A stretch of DNA of 61,098 nucleotides, the filler included, from Asterionella formosa (taxonomy: Eukaryota): assembly GCA_002256025.1 (NCBI GenBank). It is 7 parts of 7 records of this genome, joined end to end, with 100 filler letters (N's around TTAATTAATTAA, not from the genome) between each part and the next. Parts side by side here need not be neighbours in the genome. Positions count along the whole stretch, not along the records: positions 8,757 to 17,410 come from NKIB01011876.1; positions 17,511 to 26,163 come from NKIB01011885.1; 5 more parts are not named here. One strand, 5' to 3'. Both the position numbers and the translations under genes were made by a program. The notes beneath the pieces are model-generated. The model saw nothing but the letters and a program-made list of their open reading frames with translations. It was not told the origin of the DNA and ran no database searches. Each line of letters begins with the position of its first letter. Position 1 is the first letter of the stretch. Positions 12,524-24,163 of the stretch are shown here, piece by piece.

Positions 12524-12779
12524 TAATTGTAGATAAAAGAACTGGAATAGCTATGATGTAGCCGCTACAGAATCATGTACTGTGCGAGAACTGCCAATTA
12601 ATTCTACCACCAATCATACACTAGTAGGGACACTATTTTAAACAGTGGATTGTGTAGGTTCATTTTGTACTCTTCTTGCTGATACTGTCAGAATGATGAT
12701 ATTTAGTTTAATGCTTTACTTTAAAACCAAAACATACCATGGCGTCTGCAAATAAAAACCTTCATATTCCCATGATGCA

Positions 12780-13960
12780 TGATCACAGGATGATTGTGAT
12801 CATCTGATCATAATTTTTCGTTATATCATCTAATAATTTTGATAAATGACTGTGTAATTTAAGAAAAGGTAACCATTTTGACTCTATATATTTTATTATT
12901 ATATGTATTGTTTCTATTAGATTCCTGTTTTTGAATTTCTTGGTAGGATAATGTATAAGCTAAAGTAATGTAATTTGGCTTGTCATCTCCATCCTTCATC
13001 ACTCCGATTTTTGCAACAACAACGAAATACTAGCGATGACAAGTGGAATGATTGTTTGCGATAATGTCTTCAATTGTTGGTCAAGTGATCATTATATCTT
13101 TGAGTAATCATCATGTGCAGTGAACCTATATTCATAGTCATTCAATTAAGAGTTTACGGAGATGAAATCATTCGAAATCAGAATGGTTCTGCACACAGCG
13201 CACATAGTAAATCCGTTTCGTTGACCACCAGCATTACAATCTCGCCAATCAACTCGTAAACAAACACATTCTACTTGTTCTCGTTAACATTTTCAATTCT
13301 CACATGACACTACATCTACAATTGAGATTCAGCATAGAATGAGATGCGAACATGTAACAGACTGCTGTCCAAATAGTTATAGGCAAGGGTGATGCCCCAC
13401 TGCCCTGTCCAGTGCCTGCCAGTGGTCAATCTTCGGTCCCTTCTATAACTAGTAGTTATAGAATGATTCTGATTACAATTTCCTTTTCATGTCGCTTGTT
13501 TCCGCTTTTGGCATGCTGTACTTGTATTTACAGTTGAACTTGTCTACATCTTTGTTGTTACCATCAATAGAGCAACAAGTGGCTCTCTTCATTGTTATTT
13601 GCTCATGGAAAACCCGCCTGGTATCTGTATCATCAATAATAGAGGGATGAATGTCCTTCATCATTATCATTGTGATTTGCTGCAGGAAAAATTTGATATC
13701 TGCATCATCATTTGCTTGTTGGAACTGTCTGTTGCCTCAGACCTGCTTAGCGTGTGTGTACACAGTTGACTTTTTTTCCATCGGTATGTTGTTCTTGCAT
13801 TCACTGTTGAACTTGTCCGCATCTTTGTGACCATCAATAGAGCGACAACTGGCTCTCTTCATTGCTTGTTATTTGCTCCTGGAAAAGCCGGTTTCTGTGT
13901 CATCATCAATAGAGGGACAAGGGTCCTTCATCATTGTTGTTTGCCGCTGAAAAAATTGGT
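12780..13960 (+). repeat. Dispersed ~1.2-kb repeat with internal ~270-bp tandem units; inverted copy at 28440-29625
   Basis: Colinear reverse-complement homology, e.g. TTTTTCGTTATATCATCTAATAATTTTGATAAATG. Unit GTTGAACTTGTC...CCATCAATAGAGC recurs at 13533 and 13806. Confidence 0.85.
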
Positions 13961-14114
13961 ACCGCATTTCCCTTCCAATGTTGTACATCATAGTCTTCTG
14001 GCCCTTTGCTTTACAAATGGCTTTTCATGGATTTCATGAAAAGAATCATTCAAACAAGAGCGAAACGTGACTCACTTCCATTGTTGACACTTCGCGGCTA
14101 CACTACACGACTTA

Positions 14115-16130
14115 ATGTTTTCGGAAAAGAAGATGAAGAAACTTATGAAATCAATCGAAGATTCCTTGGAATACACTCAAATAACAAATGAATTTGAACA
14201 GATTCATAATACTCCAGAAAAAATAATGAAGTATGCCGATACAAAAGTGGCAGAGATTGAAAAGAAGGAAAGATTGCTTTCGAAGAGCCAAGGAAACCAA
14301 AACAGTTGTTCTTTGCGGATGAAGACTCTATTCCTACAGAGTCACAGTTCCATCCAGTGTCGTATTTTGCTCCTCATTCTCCTGAAATCGCTGATAATGA
14401 AGAAGAACTCAGTGATTCGCATTCATTTGATGGCGAAAAAATTCATGCTATGAATGAAAATACCGGCGGAAATGTGGGACACATGAATCACTTCTGAAGT
14501 AGAAATGGTTGAAAAGTTGCAAAAACAAGAAATATGTCTCACTATTTGTCCCGAACATCAAGATGAATATCATGAAAGCAGAGAAACTATTGCATTTCTA
14601 AAAGAAAAGCAATATATTCAAGAAAAAGTCCAAGCTAGATCAAGACCTTGCTCGATTTCAAGAAGATCAATGAAGACAGAGATGTGATCCTGGCTAAGGT
14701 TTTTGATGCACTGAGTCGGGAACAAAGTTTGAAGCACAAAATTTTCCAAATCATAGCATACATGAAAGAAAAAGAATTTCTTTGTAAAATGATCGAAAAC
14801 AATCCCGAAGGCAGCTACTTTTGTGAAAAGTCGACATGTGAAATGTGTAGAGTTATAATGCCAAAGCAAATGGCATTTTTCTTTAGTTTTCCGAAAACGC
14901 ATGGACAACTAAAAATGTGGAAAGATTTGTACACACCTACCCCACAAGAAATATTCAATTACGCCTCTGTATTTTATGGAGTCAAGGGTATCTAAAAATC
15001 ATCTAAAGATCTTGCATATTGGGACCTTGAAAAAATTACCTCTATGATCCATAATATAATTCATGAACTTCATCCAACTGATGTAAAGGTCATATTTGAT
15101 TTGGATGAGTACCCAGAAAAGGGTAATGACAAACCGCATCTATTCCAAGGTGTTTGTCATCCACTTCATCATTACAGTAACTATGTGCTAATTGTTTATT
15201 GCAAAAGATCAGATGAGGAGGAAAACAATCATTTTGTGCATTATCTTTTTGCTATAAATGATGGATTGTGTCAAGTCCGTGATCCAGGAAAAGATACAAG
15301 TTTGGATGAACATTATGATCAAGTATTTCACCTTTCCCGTAAGTACTGCATCATCCCCGGATGCAAAAAGGAATTGGAATTGTTATGCACCGATACAGGA
15401 TATCTTCCACAAGAATCCCATACACCTGAAGAAATTGGTTTATCGAAATCTTTCTATACTGGCACCAAAGCACGGCACCATTGCAGATCATTATGGCCAC
15501 TGAACATGATTCCATGTTATGTCAACCAGAAGATGATAGTGGATGGTCATGTGGACCATTTGAAATTGTGAAAGTATTGGAAACTCTATTGCAACTGGAA
15601 AGGAATGGCAAAACCAAATTTCTTGGCAAACGGGCACATTTCCGTTTGGAGACTGAGTCCTGGAAAGCTTTAAAACGTCAGGTGGCAGCAACAGATCGAA
15701 CAGACGATTTCTTATCCATTGCATCTGACCCACCAACCAAGTCAACATACTTTCATCTTGGAACAGTTGGCATCAAGTGACAATGACAAAATCTCATGAG
15801 GATATGTTTCAGTTGGAAATAACTGTTCTTCAATTTTGTATCGACAAAATTTTGAGTTCCTATTTAGATTTAAAAATGTTGAACGAAGTATTACGACTTC
15901 CTTGCAATTCATATTTCAAGAAGGATGATGTTGTCAACGTGAAATCTATGATCCAACAAATGAATGAAAAAGTTGCTCCCTTCAGAAGGTAAAATCATGC
16001 ACCTCTTGGCCAAATTTCTGGATGCGTCAAAATTGACAAAAAGTTGAAAAAATATTTTGTAACTGATGATAGCCCTTCTGGAAACAAATTGAAAAAGTTT
16101 ACAGACTCGCTCATATCGAACTGCAGTTGA
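14115..16130 (+). pseudogene. Frameshifted TE-associated ORF with Ulp1/C48 cysteine protease-like motifs
   Basis: Chain of short ORFs in shifting frames. NHFVHYLF...VRDP gives His/Asp, and after a frameshift CQPEDDSGWSCGPF gives the Gln/Cys motif. Confidence 0.5.
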
Positions 16131-16339
16131 AAAGTGGAGACGAAAAATTTCGGACGAAACAAGAAGGACTATCTTAGGTTACTTCTTTGGGAGTGAAAAA
16201 GAACAAATAATGGACCATTGGGATCATCCAATCTCATCAATCGTTAGGACATTTTAGTTAGTGAAAACGTTCTAAAAACTTAACTAGTATGTGAAACTAT
16301 ATTATCACCATTATTTATATTATTATTCTTGTATATTTA

Positions 16340-17254
16340 TCAACTTTCTCTTGATAGTTTTTGGTCCCACCCGATTGATATTCATAAATGATGTGGAGGT
16401 ATGGCAACATAAAAATTATCTTCTTGTATCTGTTCCAAAACTTCTTGCGATTTCAGAGATTTCCTTGATTCCTGTGGTTTCAAAGCAGGAACAACAAATG
16501 CTGCCGAAAGAATGTTATGAAATTCAACAACGCTCAATTCAGTTGTATCATTGCATAAGGTGTCTCCCCTTGCAAGAAACATACGTTTATGAATTATTTT
16601 TCATTTCAGTTTAACTTTTCAAGGAACGAATACACGCTAAGAGAATGGTTGTTGTGTTGGAGAAAATAACATTTCCCCAAAGAAGTAGTTTTGCTGGACC
16701 TTTGTAGCAGGAACTTGATCCATCTCCTTTCTCACAGCTCACTTCAAACCAGTCAAACCATTCACGACCAGAGATTCATGCATTTGAATCATTATTCCAT
16801 TTCGGATGGCATCTGTAAATAGTAGTTTGGCCGGAAACGTTATTTTTTTAATCATAGTAATAAAAGTCAATCCTTACAATGGAAACAGCACCAGACCCAA
16901 CCCCATCTTTAAGACTTTTTATTCTTGCTATTTCTATTGCTGAATTCGCAATGCTCTTTACGTAGCTGGCCCCCTTCGGAAAATCAGGATGAACCAAATG
17001 AGACAAGGGTGCATCTTACTCCGTGATACATGCCCAATCTTTTAAGGGACACCTGGTATAGTCCATAGACCATTTGATGATAAAGCAGAGAATTGAACTT
17101 TAACAGGAAAGGATAGTGAATGGATCTTGGTAGGCGATATTCCCAAATCATCAGGCGACGTACTAGGCAACATCCTTGTATCCGGGATCTTTCCTTCGAA
17201 ATCAATTTCTGTTGAAATACCCTCAGTTACATTCATATGTACTACTTTACTCAT
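16340..17254 (-). pseudogene. Degenerate ORF resembling the C-terminal region of CACTA/Plavaka-type transposases
   Basis: Minus strand reads IYRCHPKW...REWFDWFEV...YKGPAKLLLW with in-frame stops. Resemblance to the RxxP...W(Y/F)DWxxV...PAKIL motif is from memory. Confidence 0.4.
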
Positions 17255-17410
17255 CTTCTCTTGTTTGTTTTCTGTATGTTATGAATCACTTGCAAAAACA
17301 ATTTTTCGTGCCAAGGAAAACTGCCTTGTTTCATTTGACCTTGTTAAAATGTCATGCTTTAATCGATGTAATTGCTGTCCATTGACACGCTGTTCTTACT
17401 GGGTCGCTCG

Positions 17411-17510
17411 NNNNNNNNNNNNNNNNNNNNNNNNNNNNNNNNNNNNNNNNNNNNTTAATTAATTAANNNNNNNNNNNNNNNNNNNNNNNNNNNNNNNNNN
17501 NNNNNNNNNN
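17411..17510. other. Artificial contig spacer
   Basis: N44-TTAATTAATTAA-N44. Confidence 0.98.
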
Positions 17511-17536
17511 GGGGGGGGGACGAGTACAAAAAAAAG

Positions 17537-18310
17537 GTGCTGCAATTGAGACCACGCAACTTCCTCCAGCACCAGGCGCAAATGGTTGTCCCAAACACAG
17601 CACCATGGCATTTTCAAGAGACTACCAGCAACGCATTAAACGAGCAACCAACGAACTACAACACACTTCTTCATGATGAAATACAACTTTCAGCAGTTTC
17701 AGTAACCCTGACAGAATTGAATGCCGCTATCTCGACCATCACACCAGCAGGACTGAATCTAAAGGAAGGTATCACCGGCACCCTTCTTGACAAAGTTATT
17801 GAATTCAGGAACAAAGAGGATTCAAGGAATGGCATCAATCTTGATCAGACGGCTCGCCAACGGAAGGAATCGGCGCTATGGGCAATCACGCAAAATAAAA
17901 GGTATACAGCAGGAATTCTTGTGGCGGCTGGACGCTTTCAACTGGGAACGGAAGCACTGGACAATATGACTAGGATGAAAAGAAGGGCAGAGGAGAAGAA
18001 GACGAGTGAGAAAGCGAATAAGAAAGTTATTGATTTACACAGCAGCATTGAACAAGGTGCAAGCGATCAGAGCGCTTAACAAACAGGAACACGAATGGAC
18101 GGTGGCACAAACAAAATCAATGGTGTCTTGGTACAAACTATTTGGCGATGCACTATTACCTGCAACAAAACATCTAATGTTTACTTACCAGATATATTGA
18201 TACAATGGGATGTGGCGATGCACCAGTCCCAGTTGCCAGAGCTATAACGCCACCAGCAGCCTCAGCTGAAGAGAACGACGAGGATGAAGTCGTGGTGACA
18301 GAAGATTGAT
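17537..18310 (+). pseudogene. Probable C-terminal remnant of a pogo-like DDE transposase
   Basis: Frameshifted ORFs containing RYTAGILVAAGRFQLG and WTVAQTKSMVSWYK..GD..LP..K, resembling tails of diatom DDE transposases. The catalytic part is outside the contig. Confidence 0.45.
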
Positions 18311-18679
18311 TTATGTGTTTTGCACAATAAATCGAGGTCAGTTGACACAAGAAGTTGGAGAAAATATGGAAAACGAGATAATATTTTCTAACCGTTTACC
18401 ATTAAAAAGTATATATAGACGATAAAAAATCGATAAAAAATATATGAATGGCTTAAGAGGACCACTAAAATGGAAAATGAACGACTTAAAATGTTCGATA
18501 TTGTAAGATATATACTTCCAATTGTTAAAATGATTCATTTATCTAGTACTTGCATGCATTAGTCGACCTATATTTAAAGGGTTTTAATTGAGGTCTGTTG
18601 AACATTTTTCTAATTTTAGTCCCAAAACTGGGTAATATAGTTGTGGTCTTAAGCAGTTTTTGACTGGAGTACCAGGTAA

Positions 18680-20461
18680 AGGTTCCTGCATTTGAACCCC
18701 TAGGCAAAAATAAAATTTTGCTAAGGGTTGCCGAAATTCCCTGGAACTAAGAACTTTTATGTGCTAATATGAATATCAATGATTCCGTTTGAAATATTCA
18801 AATGAGTGGAAATTTATGCGTATGTTTATAGATGTCAGAGTGTGTCTGTTAGGCTGTTGATGTCGACAGGTGTCCGAAGTCTAGGTAGTCTGAGGAATGT
18901 GTAAACGGAAATACACAGGATTTATATAGCAGAAGAATCTGCAGACAAGCAGCGTGAGAAAGATCTTGACCGGTCATTCCAGGGCAGTCCTGGAGTGCGC
19001 TAGAGTAGGCGCCATGTATTTCAACATGGTACCAGGTAGCGGGCTCGTTAGTACAAGTGGTACGAGGAAGTACGTGAAAACCAGAGGTCTACAGTTCGAG
19101 TCCCTCAGCAAGAACAGAAAGAAAAAAGAGAAGAGAAAAAGGAAAACAGGGACGAAGAAAACGAGAAGGCACTATGAGAATTCCTGTAGGAAAGGATGTG
19201 TCAAGCATACACATTATTAGGATGTGGTATGTCGAGCATCAACAGGGGAGGGTGTCAGAGTGTGTCTGTTAGGCTGTTGATTTCGACAGGCGTCCGAAGA
19301 CTACCGGTAGGTAGTCTGAGGAATGTCTGAACGGAAATAGACAGGATTTATATAGCAGAAGAATCTGTATACGAGCTGCGTGAGAAAGATCTTGACCGGT
19401 CATTCCAGGGCATTACTGGAGCGCGCTAGAGTAGGCGCCATATAATTCAACACATAGATTCCATTTCAAATGCATTAAATATGTATCAATAGATTCTTCA
19501 TTGCTGTATGTTTTATATTGCTACTCTACCGATAGTAACACCTACTCGTATCAAGAAATATGTTTCACATTCACGACCCGGCGGCTCCTCCGAAAGATAT
19601 TTGAATTTGCATTCTAACGATAGTAACGTAGTGGAAAGCGAGCACTACCTCGTACTATGACCATGATGATCAGCTACATGGTACCAGGTACCAGGTACCA
19701 GGTACCGGTAGCTCTACCCGATTCTCGGTATTCCTACTCCGTACGGATCCCGGTGGGATCGGCCAAAACACAAGAAAATGCTTCATGTGCATCCAGTCTG
19801 GCCGGCGTGGGATTGCAAGACCTCGCAAACCGTGCCAATCGAACGGATGTAAGGATAACCAATCAGAATATGAACAATACAGCGGGCAATTACATCGGAA
19901 CTTTTTGTAGACGAGATTTTACGACTAAAAATTTTGGCACAAGACTACCATTCCGATGATAACGTTTCGGCCAATAGTGATTCTGAAACCGACATTTTGG
20001 TGACCGTTGAAAAGGCCGATATTGTCAAATTTTTGGACGACGATAGCTCAACGTTGGCAGGGTTTGAAGACGAGTTAAGTTCATTGGTAATCTTCATATA
20101 GCCCCAGAAGTTAACTTTCGGCGAGAAACTGCAGAAAGGAACTTAAGTTTTTTACTAGGCCAAATAAACGAGTTAGCCCGGTAAAATCCACTATTTTCAG
20201 CATACCCGGTAGTTAAAAAATCGAAGTTCCTTTCTGCAGTTTCTCGCCAGATCCTATATCCTGACGATCTATAGCGTTGACCTATACCCCTACTTTGATA
20301 AATGACTGTATTTAAGCATGTGGAAAGGGTGTGTATTGGTGAAAGCTCCGTTTAGCGATATACATTTACATTTTACTCGTAAGAAGTCTATGTTTGACTA
20401 CTCTGACTTGATATTATTTTTTAAACCTTACCTCGAGCTAGGGGTTCAAATGCAGGAACCT
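18680..20461 (-). mobile_element. Non-autonomous PIF/Harbinger-type element, copy B (1782 bp, carries a nested TRIM)
   Basis: Perfect 24-bp TIR AGGTTCCTGCATTTGAACCCCTAG (18680-18703 and 20438-20461), flanked by a TAA duplication (18677-79, 20462-64). Confidence 0.88.
18833..19452 (+). mobile_element. TRIM-like miniature LTR retrotransposon (620 bp)
   Basis: LTR1 18833-19026 and LTR2 19253-19452 are both TGT...ACA. A PBS starting TGG follows LTR1 at 19027, purine tract AACAGGGGAGGG precedes LTR2, and the flanks are TATAGA/CATAGA. Confidence 0.88.
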
Positions 20462-21239
20462 TAATGTCATTTATGAGGACGTCAAAATTGTGCAGTTGGC
20501 TACAGAGGGGTAATTTTCCATTGGCATGATGGAGTAGGAAAGAAACCATTTATTTAGCCAGATCTAGTTATAGTACATGACAATATTTACAATGCTATTG
20601 CCCTGGCATGCGAATCCTATCTGTAATGACAAGTGCTCCATGTGGTGTCATAATTAGTTAAGCCATAAACTGGTACAGTATATTCGAGACAAGAACATAT
20701 GAATTATCACTATAGCGGGCAAATAAATGTTAAAGTACGCTTTTATTGAAACTTACTTGAATCTAATGGAGTACTTGGAGTTGCACTAGGAGGGCCCATA
20801 TGAGCCCCAAGCAAATGACGAGTGAAGCTGAGTCCACTCAGGAACTCTTACGGGTTGAAGGTAAACAATGATAGAGATTGTGAGTAATGGCAAGGAGCAG
20901 CCCATTCTGGGGCTCTTAGAGGCAGGGTTTGGAGTCATGTGTAGAAAAGTAGAGAGGGAAAGAGAGCAGGAAGACTGGAAGGCCAATCAATGAATAGTTA
21001 GAAAATATGAAAACTGCAAAACCAATTTGGGAGAATTGTTTTGAAAAGAGAATCCGGGAGCTGGTAGAATCAATACATGATGCCAGATTCCTTTTTCTTT
21101 TCACTGCGTGCGCCCTGCGCATTTCCATTTAGGCCAGTATCTTGCTATATGCCTGATATATTTATTGCAATTATAGCACTTAATATCATTTTTATCGTTC
21201 GTTCCATTTGCGATCATTCCACTTGTTTTCATTCTTGAT

Positions 21240-21956
21240 CGACACAAGTCCAACATATGCCCTTATTTGCCACAGGTCTTGCAAATCCTTTTTACTTCTG
21301 TGTGAATAGAGCAATCTCCTTTGTGCTCTTCAAATTCCCTTAAGCTCTTGTTTTTCGAACGCTCGGATCTTGCTCTTGAGTTCAATGAGGCTAATTGCTC
21401 TCATGACCTCGACAACAACCGTCAAAAACTCGCTGTACTATTCCACTGGAGGCTTTTCGATTGCATTCGCAATCACTTCCATCTCCTTCTTCTCGAAGGA
21501 CTTGCTGGTTGATTGCTATCATCTTGCATTGATATAGGTCAATCTCGATGAGCCATTTTTCTGAATCAGAGGAGCTGTGGTTTAGCTTGCATTTGTTGAA
21601 TTCGCTTGCCAGCTGGATCAGGTCTAACACAGAATGGGGGATACCTAGCTTCGAGGTTCTTCAATGCCATGCATGCATTGCCATCAATCAACTTCTTCAT
21701 TTTCGCTTGATTTACCAGTCCGAATGCAATTCCGGTGCAGCTCATGATGAGCAAATGGGAAGCCTTGTCATTGGCCTTGTAGATTGTTGCCTTTACTCGC
21801 TCCCTTGTCTGTCTTGACTTTGTACTGGTTGTCAGAGCATGGGTTGTAGTGCTGTTCTTCGAGTACATGATTCGGAATCCTCCTTGGCAAGAGCAAGAGT
21901 ATTAACGCTCCAAAATTCCCATCAAACTTAATTAGCCTCATGCTTTCTTCAGACAT
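21240..21956 (-). pseudogene. Ty1/copia gag remnant (UBN2-type gag plus CCHC zinc knuckle)
   Basis: MSEESMRLIKFDG...GNACMALKNLEARY..DLIQLASEFNKCKL...KWLIEID and knuckle CKTCGK*GHMLDLC, with frameshifts and stops. Confidence 0.8.
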
Positions 21957-22388
21957 TGCTCACCACTGGAGACATTGTTAAACAACTTAAGTCTGTTTAT
22001 AAATGTGTTAAAGTATTAGCTTTTAGATAGATAGATCTATATTTTTAGACAAAAAGGCTATTTTTGCATCATGACGCAGCAGACGAAACGGTTCTGTGAA
22101 CACTTCCGGCAAGCCGACAACATCAAGGCCAGAACGGCCTGAGCCTTTAGCATTCAGCTTGATAATTGCTCCACAACAAGCATGCAAGTTGCAGCATCGA
22201 CTTTTGAAATAGATCTCAGGACAAGGATATAGCCATTGCAAATGTCATTGGCATCGCTCGTGTTGTTGTTAATTGTTGTTTCATGATGGTGACCGTTAAG
22301 AATACAATTAGATAGTAAATACATTAACAACTAGCTAGAATACAATAATATGCTGTTATTTTTTCTGTAGACATAAAATATTTGGGGG

Positions 22389-22724
22389 TGTTGTGCCAGA
22401 TGTATGAAGGGGGGTACAGGTATCTGGGGGGATACTAGACACCAGGTTTTACGATACCGTAAAACCTGGTTTCTCGTATCCGTAAAATATTTCGTTCTTG
22501 TCATGATTCTGGTCGAATAATCATGTAAGTGATGTGGTTGGCATGTATAAATTTCCATCACGATCCAAGTCGTAGAGTCTACACAAGTCAATACTGTTGT
22601 AGGATTAATACCAAATGTGTACACACTCTAGGAATTGCTATTGATGCCATCACAAAACTCGGGCGCGCCGGTGCACCAAAAAGAGAAATTCTATTGATCA
22701 TAGAAACTGTTTGAACCTACAACA
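22389..22724 (+). mobile_element. Putative LTR (336 bp)
   Basis: TGTTGT...ACAACA inverted termini, preceded by a G-run (PPT-like), with internal TATAAAT. No second copy in the window. Confidence 0.45.
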
Positions 22725-22929
22725 ATACCGGTATATCTTTTAATGTTGCTATTCACGTTTTAGACCACGGCGAAAACGGTGGTGAAGTTGGTTTGCTCCC
22801 AGTGTTGGATTATCGAAAAAGGTCCAATGTCTTGTGCTCCCCTCTAAGTAAAATCAGTCGTGGCTGTGTACATTGAGGGATACGAGACACAAGCTTTTAC
22901 GGTACGTAGATGAGTTCACTTTAACACAT

Positions 22930-23820
22930 CGCGACATACCGGTATTCACGTAACGGACTCCTGCAACTGGCGAACCCATAAAAAGCGACTCACAACTTGG
23001 CTGACCACCAGCAAGTTGCGGTCATTTGGCTTAAATAAACAATTTAATCTCGAATACCGGTATACATAGCGAAATCTTTGGTTCAAAAAAATATCCGCAA
23101 CGTTTCTGGTATTAAAGTACCGGTCTCCTAGTAACAGGTTCTTGCTCCATGACCAGCATAACGTTAAGTTAACATCTCGACATGCCGGTATTCACAGAAC
23201 GGAATCCTGCCGCTGACGGACCCCATATAACTCACAACTGGGACCATCAGAGGTCATTTATCAGGACCTCCTGGTACTGGTAATTTGTTTTCTAGTTATT
23301 ACCTTGTCCGCCCAAGATTGAAGTGCCAGATGTAAGTCAACAGGTGATGTTTTGCATATACTGTACTAACATACTAGCTACCGGTTCTAGGTACTGCCTG
23401 GTACCAGTACCAGTACACTACTGGTTCTATGTACTCCGGAGTACATAAATGTATGCGTTGAAAAAAATATGGCTGATCTTGCCTCTCCGCCCATGTACCT
23501 GTTACTCCAAGACTTAGGCACCACAGTTCTGGTACCTGGTACCAGGTACAGCTGCCCTGGCACTGGTTGCAGGACCAGGATCAGTTACGGTACCTGGTAC
23601 CAGGTACCTTCTGGTACTGGTAATTTGTTTTCTAGCTATTACCGGTATGTCGTCTACATTTCGACATGCCAGTATTCACCGAACGGACTCCTGCCGCTGG
23701 CGGACCCACCATGAGTCACAACTTGACCACTAGCAAGTTGTTTTAGTTTGCTTAAATAAACAATTTAATCTGGGATAAAGGTAGCTAAATCTTTGATTCA
23801 TCAAAATTACCGCTACGTCA
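22930..23820. repeat. Locally triplicated segment interleaved with TA-CCWGG-TA motifs
   Basis: CGACAT.CC.GTATTCAC..AACGGA.TCCTGC recurs near 22933, 23178 and 23662. CTTAAATAAACAATTTAATCT occurs at 23030 and 23751. Confidence 0.8.
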
Positions 23821-24163
23821 TTCGGTCATTGCTACACAGTGCGGAACTCCATCACGTGGGGATATGTCTTCACATGTTGCAAACCTTCAAAGAAAACGAA
23901 GTAACCTCAAAAGAAGATGGTCAAGATGGTTCAGTATGTCATTCGAATAAATGAATTAGCAGTATCTTGCTCTCATGCGTACGAGAAACGCACGTAAAGA
24001 AACCGTTTAAATCTGTGAGTGGAATTGCTGGGAATCATCTTTGTCTCAAAAATTCAGTGACAGCCGAACTTATTTGTCGTTTCCATAAATAGTACCAAGT
24101 ACACTCAAATCACACTCTTCGTTCTCTTCTCCATCCCTTCGATTGACCGAGCGCTCTTACACA

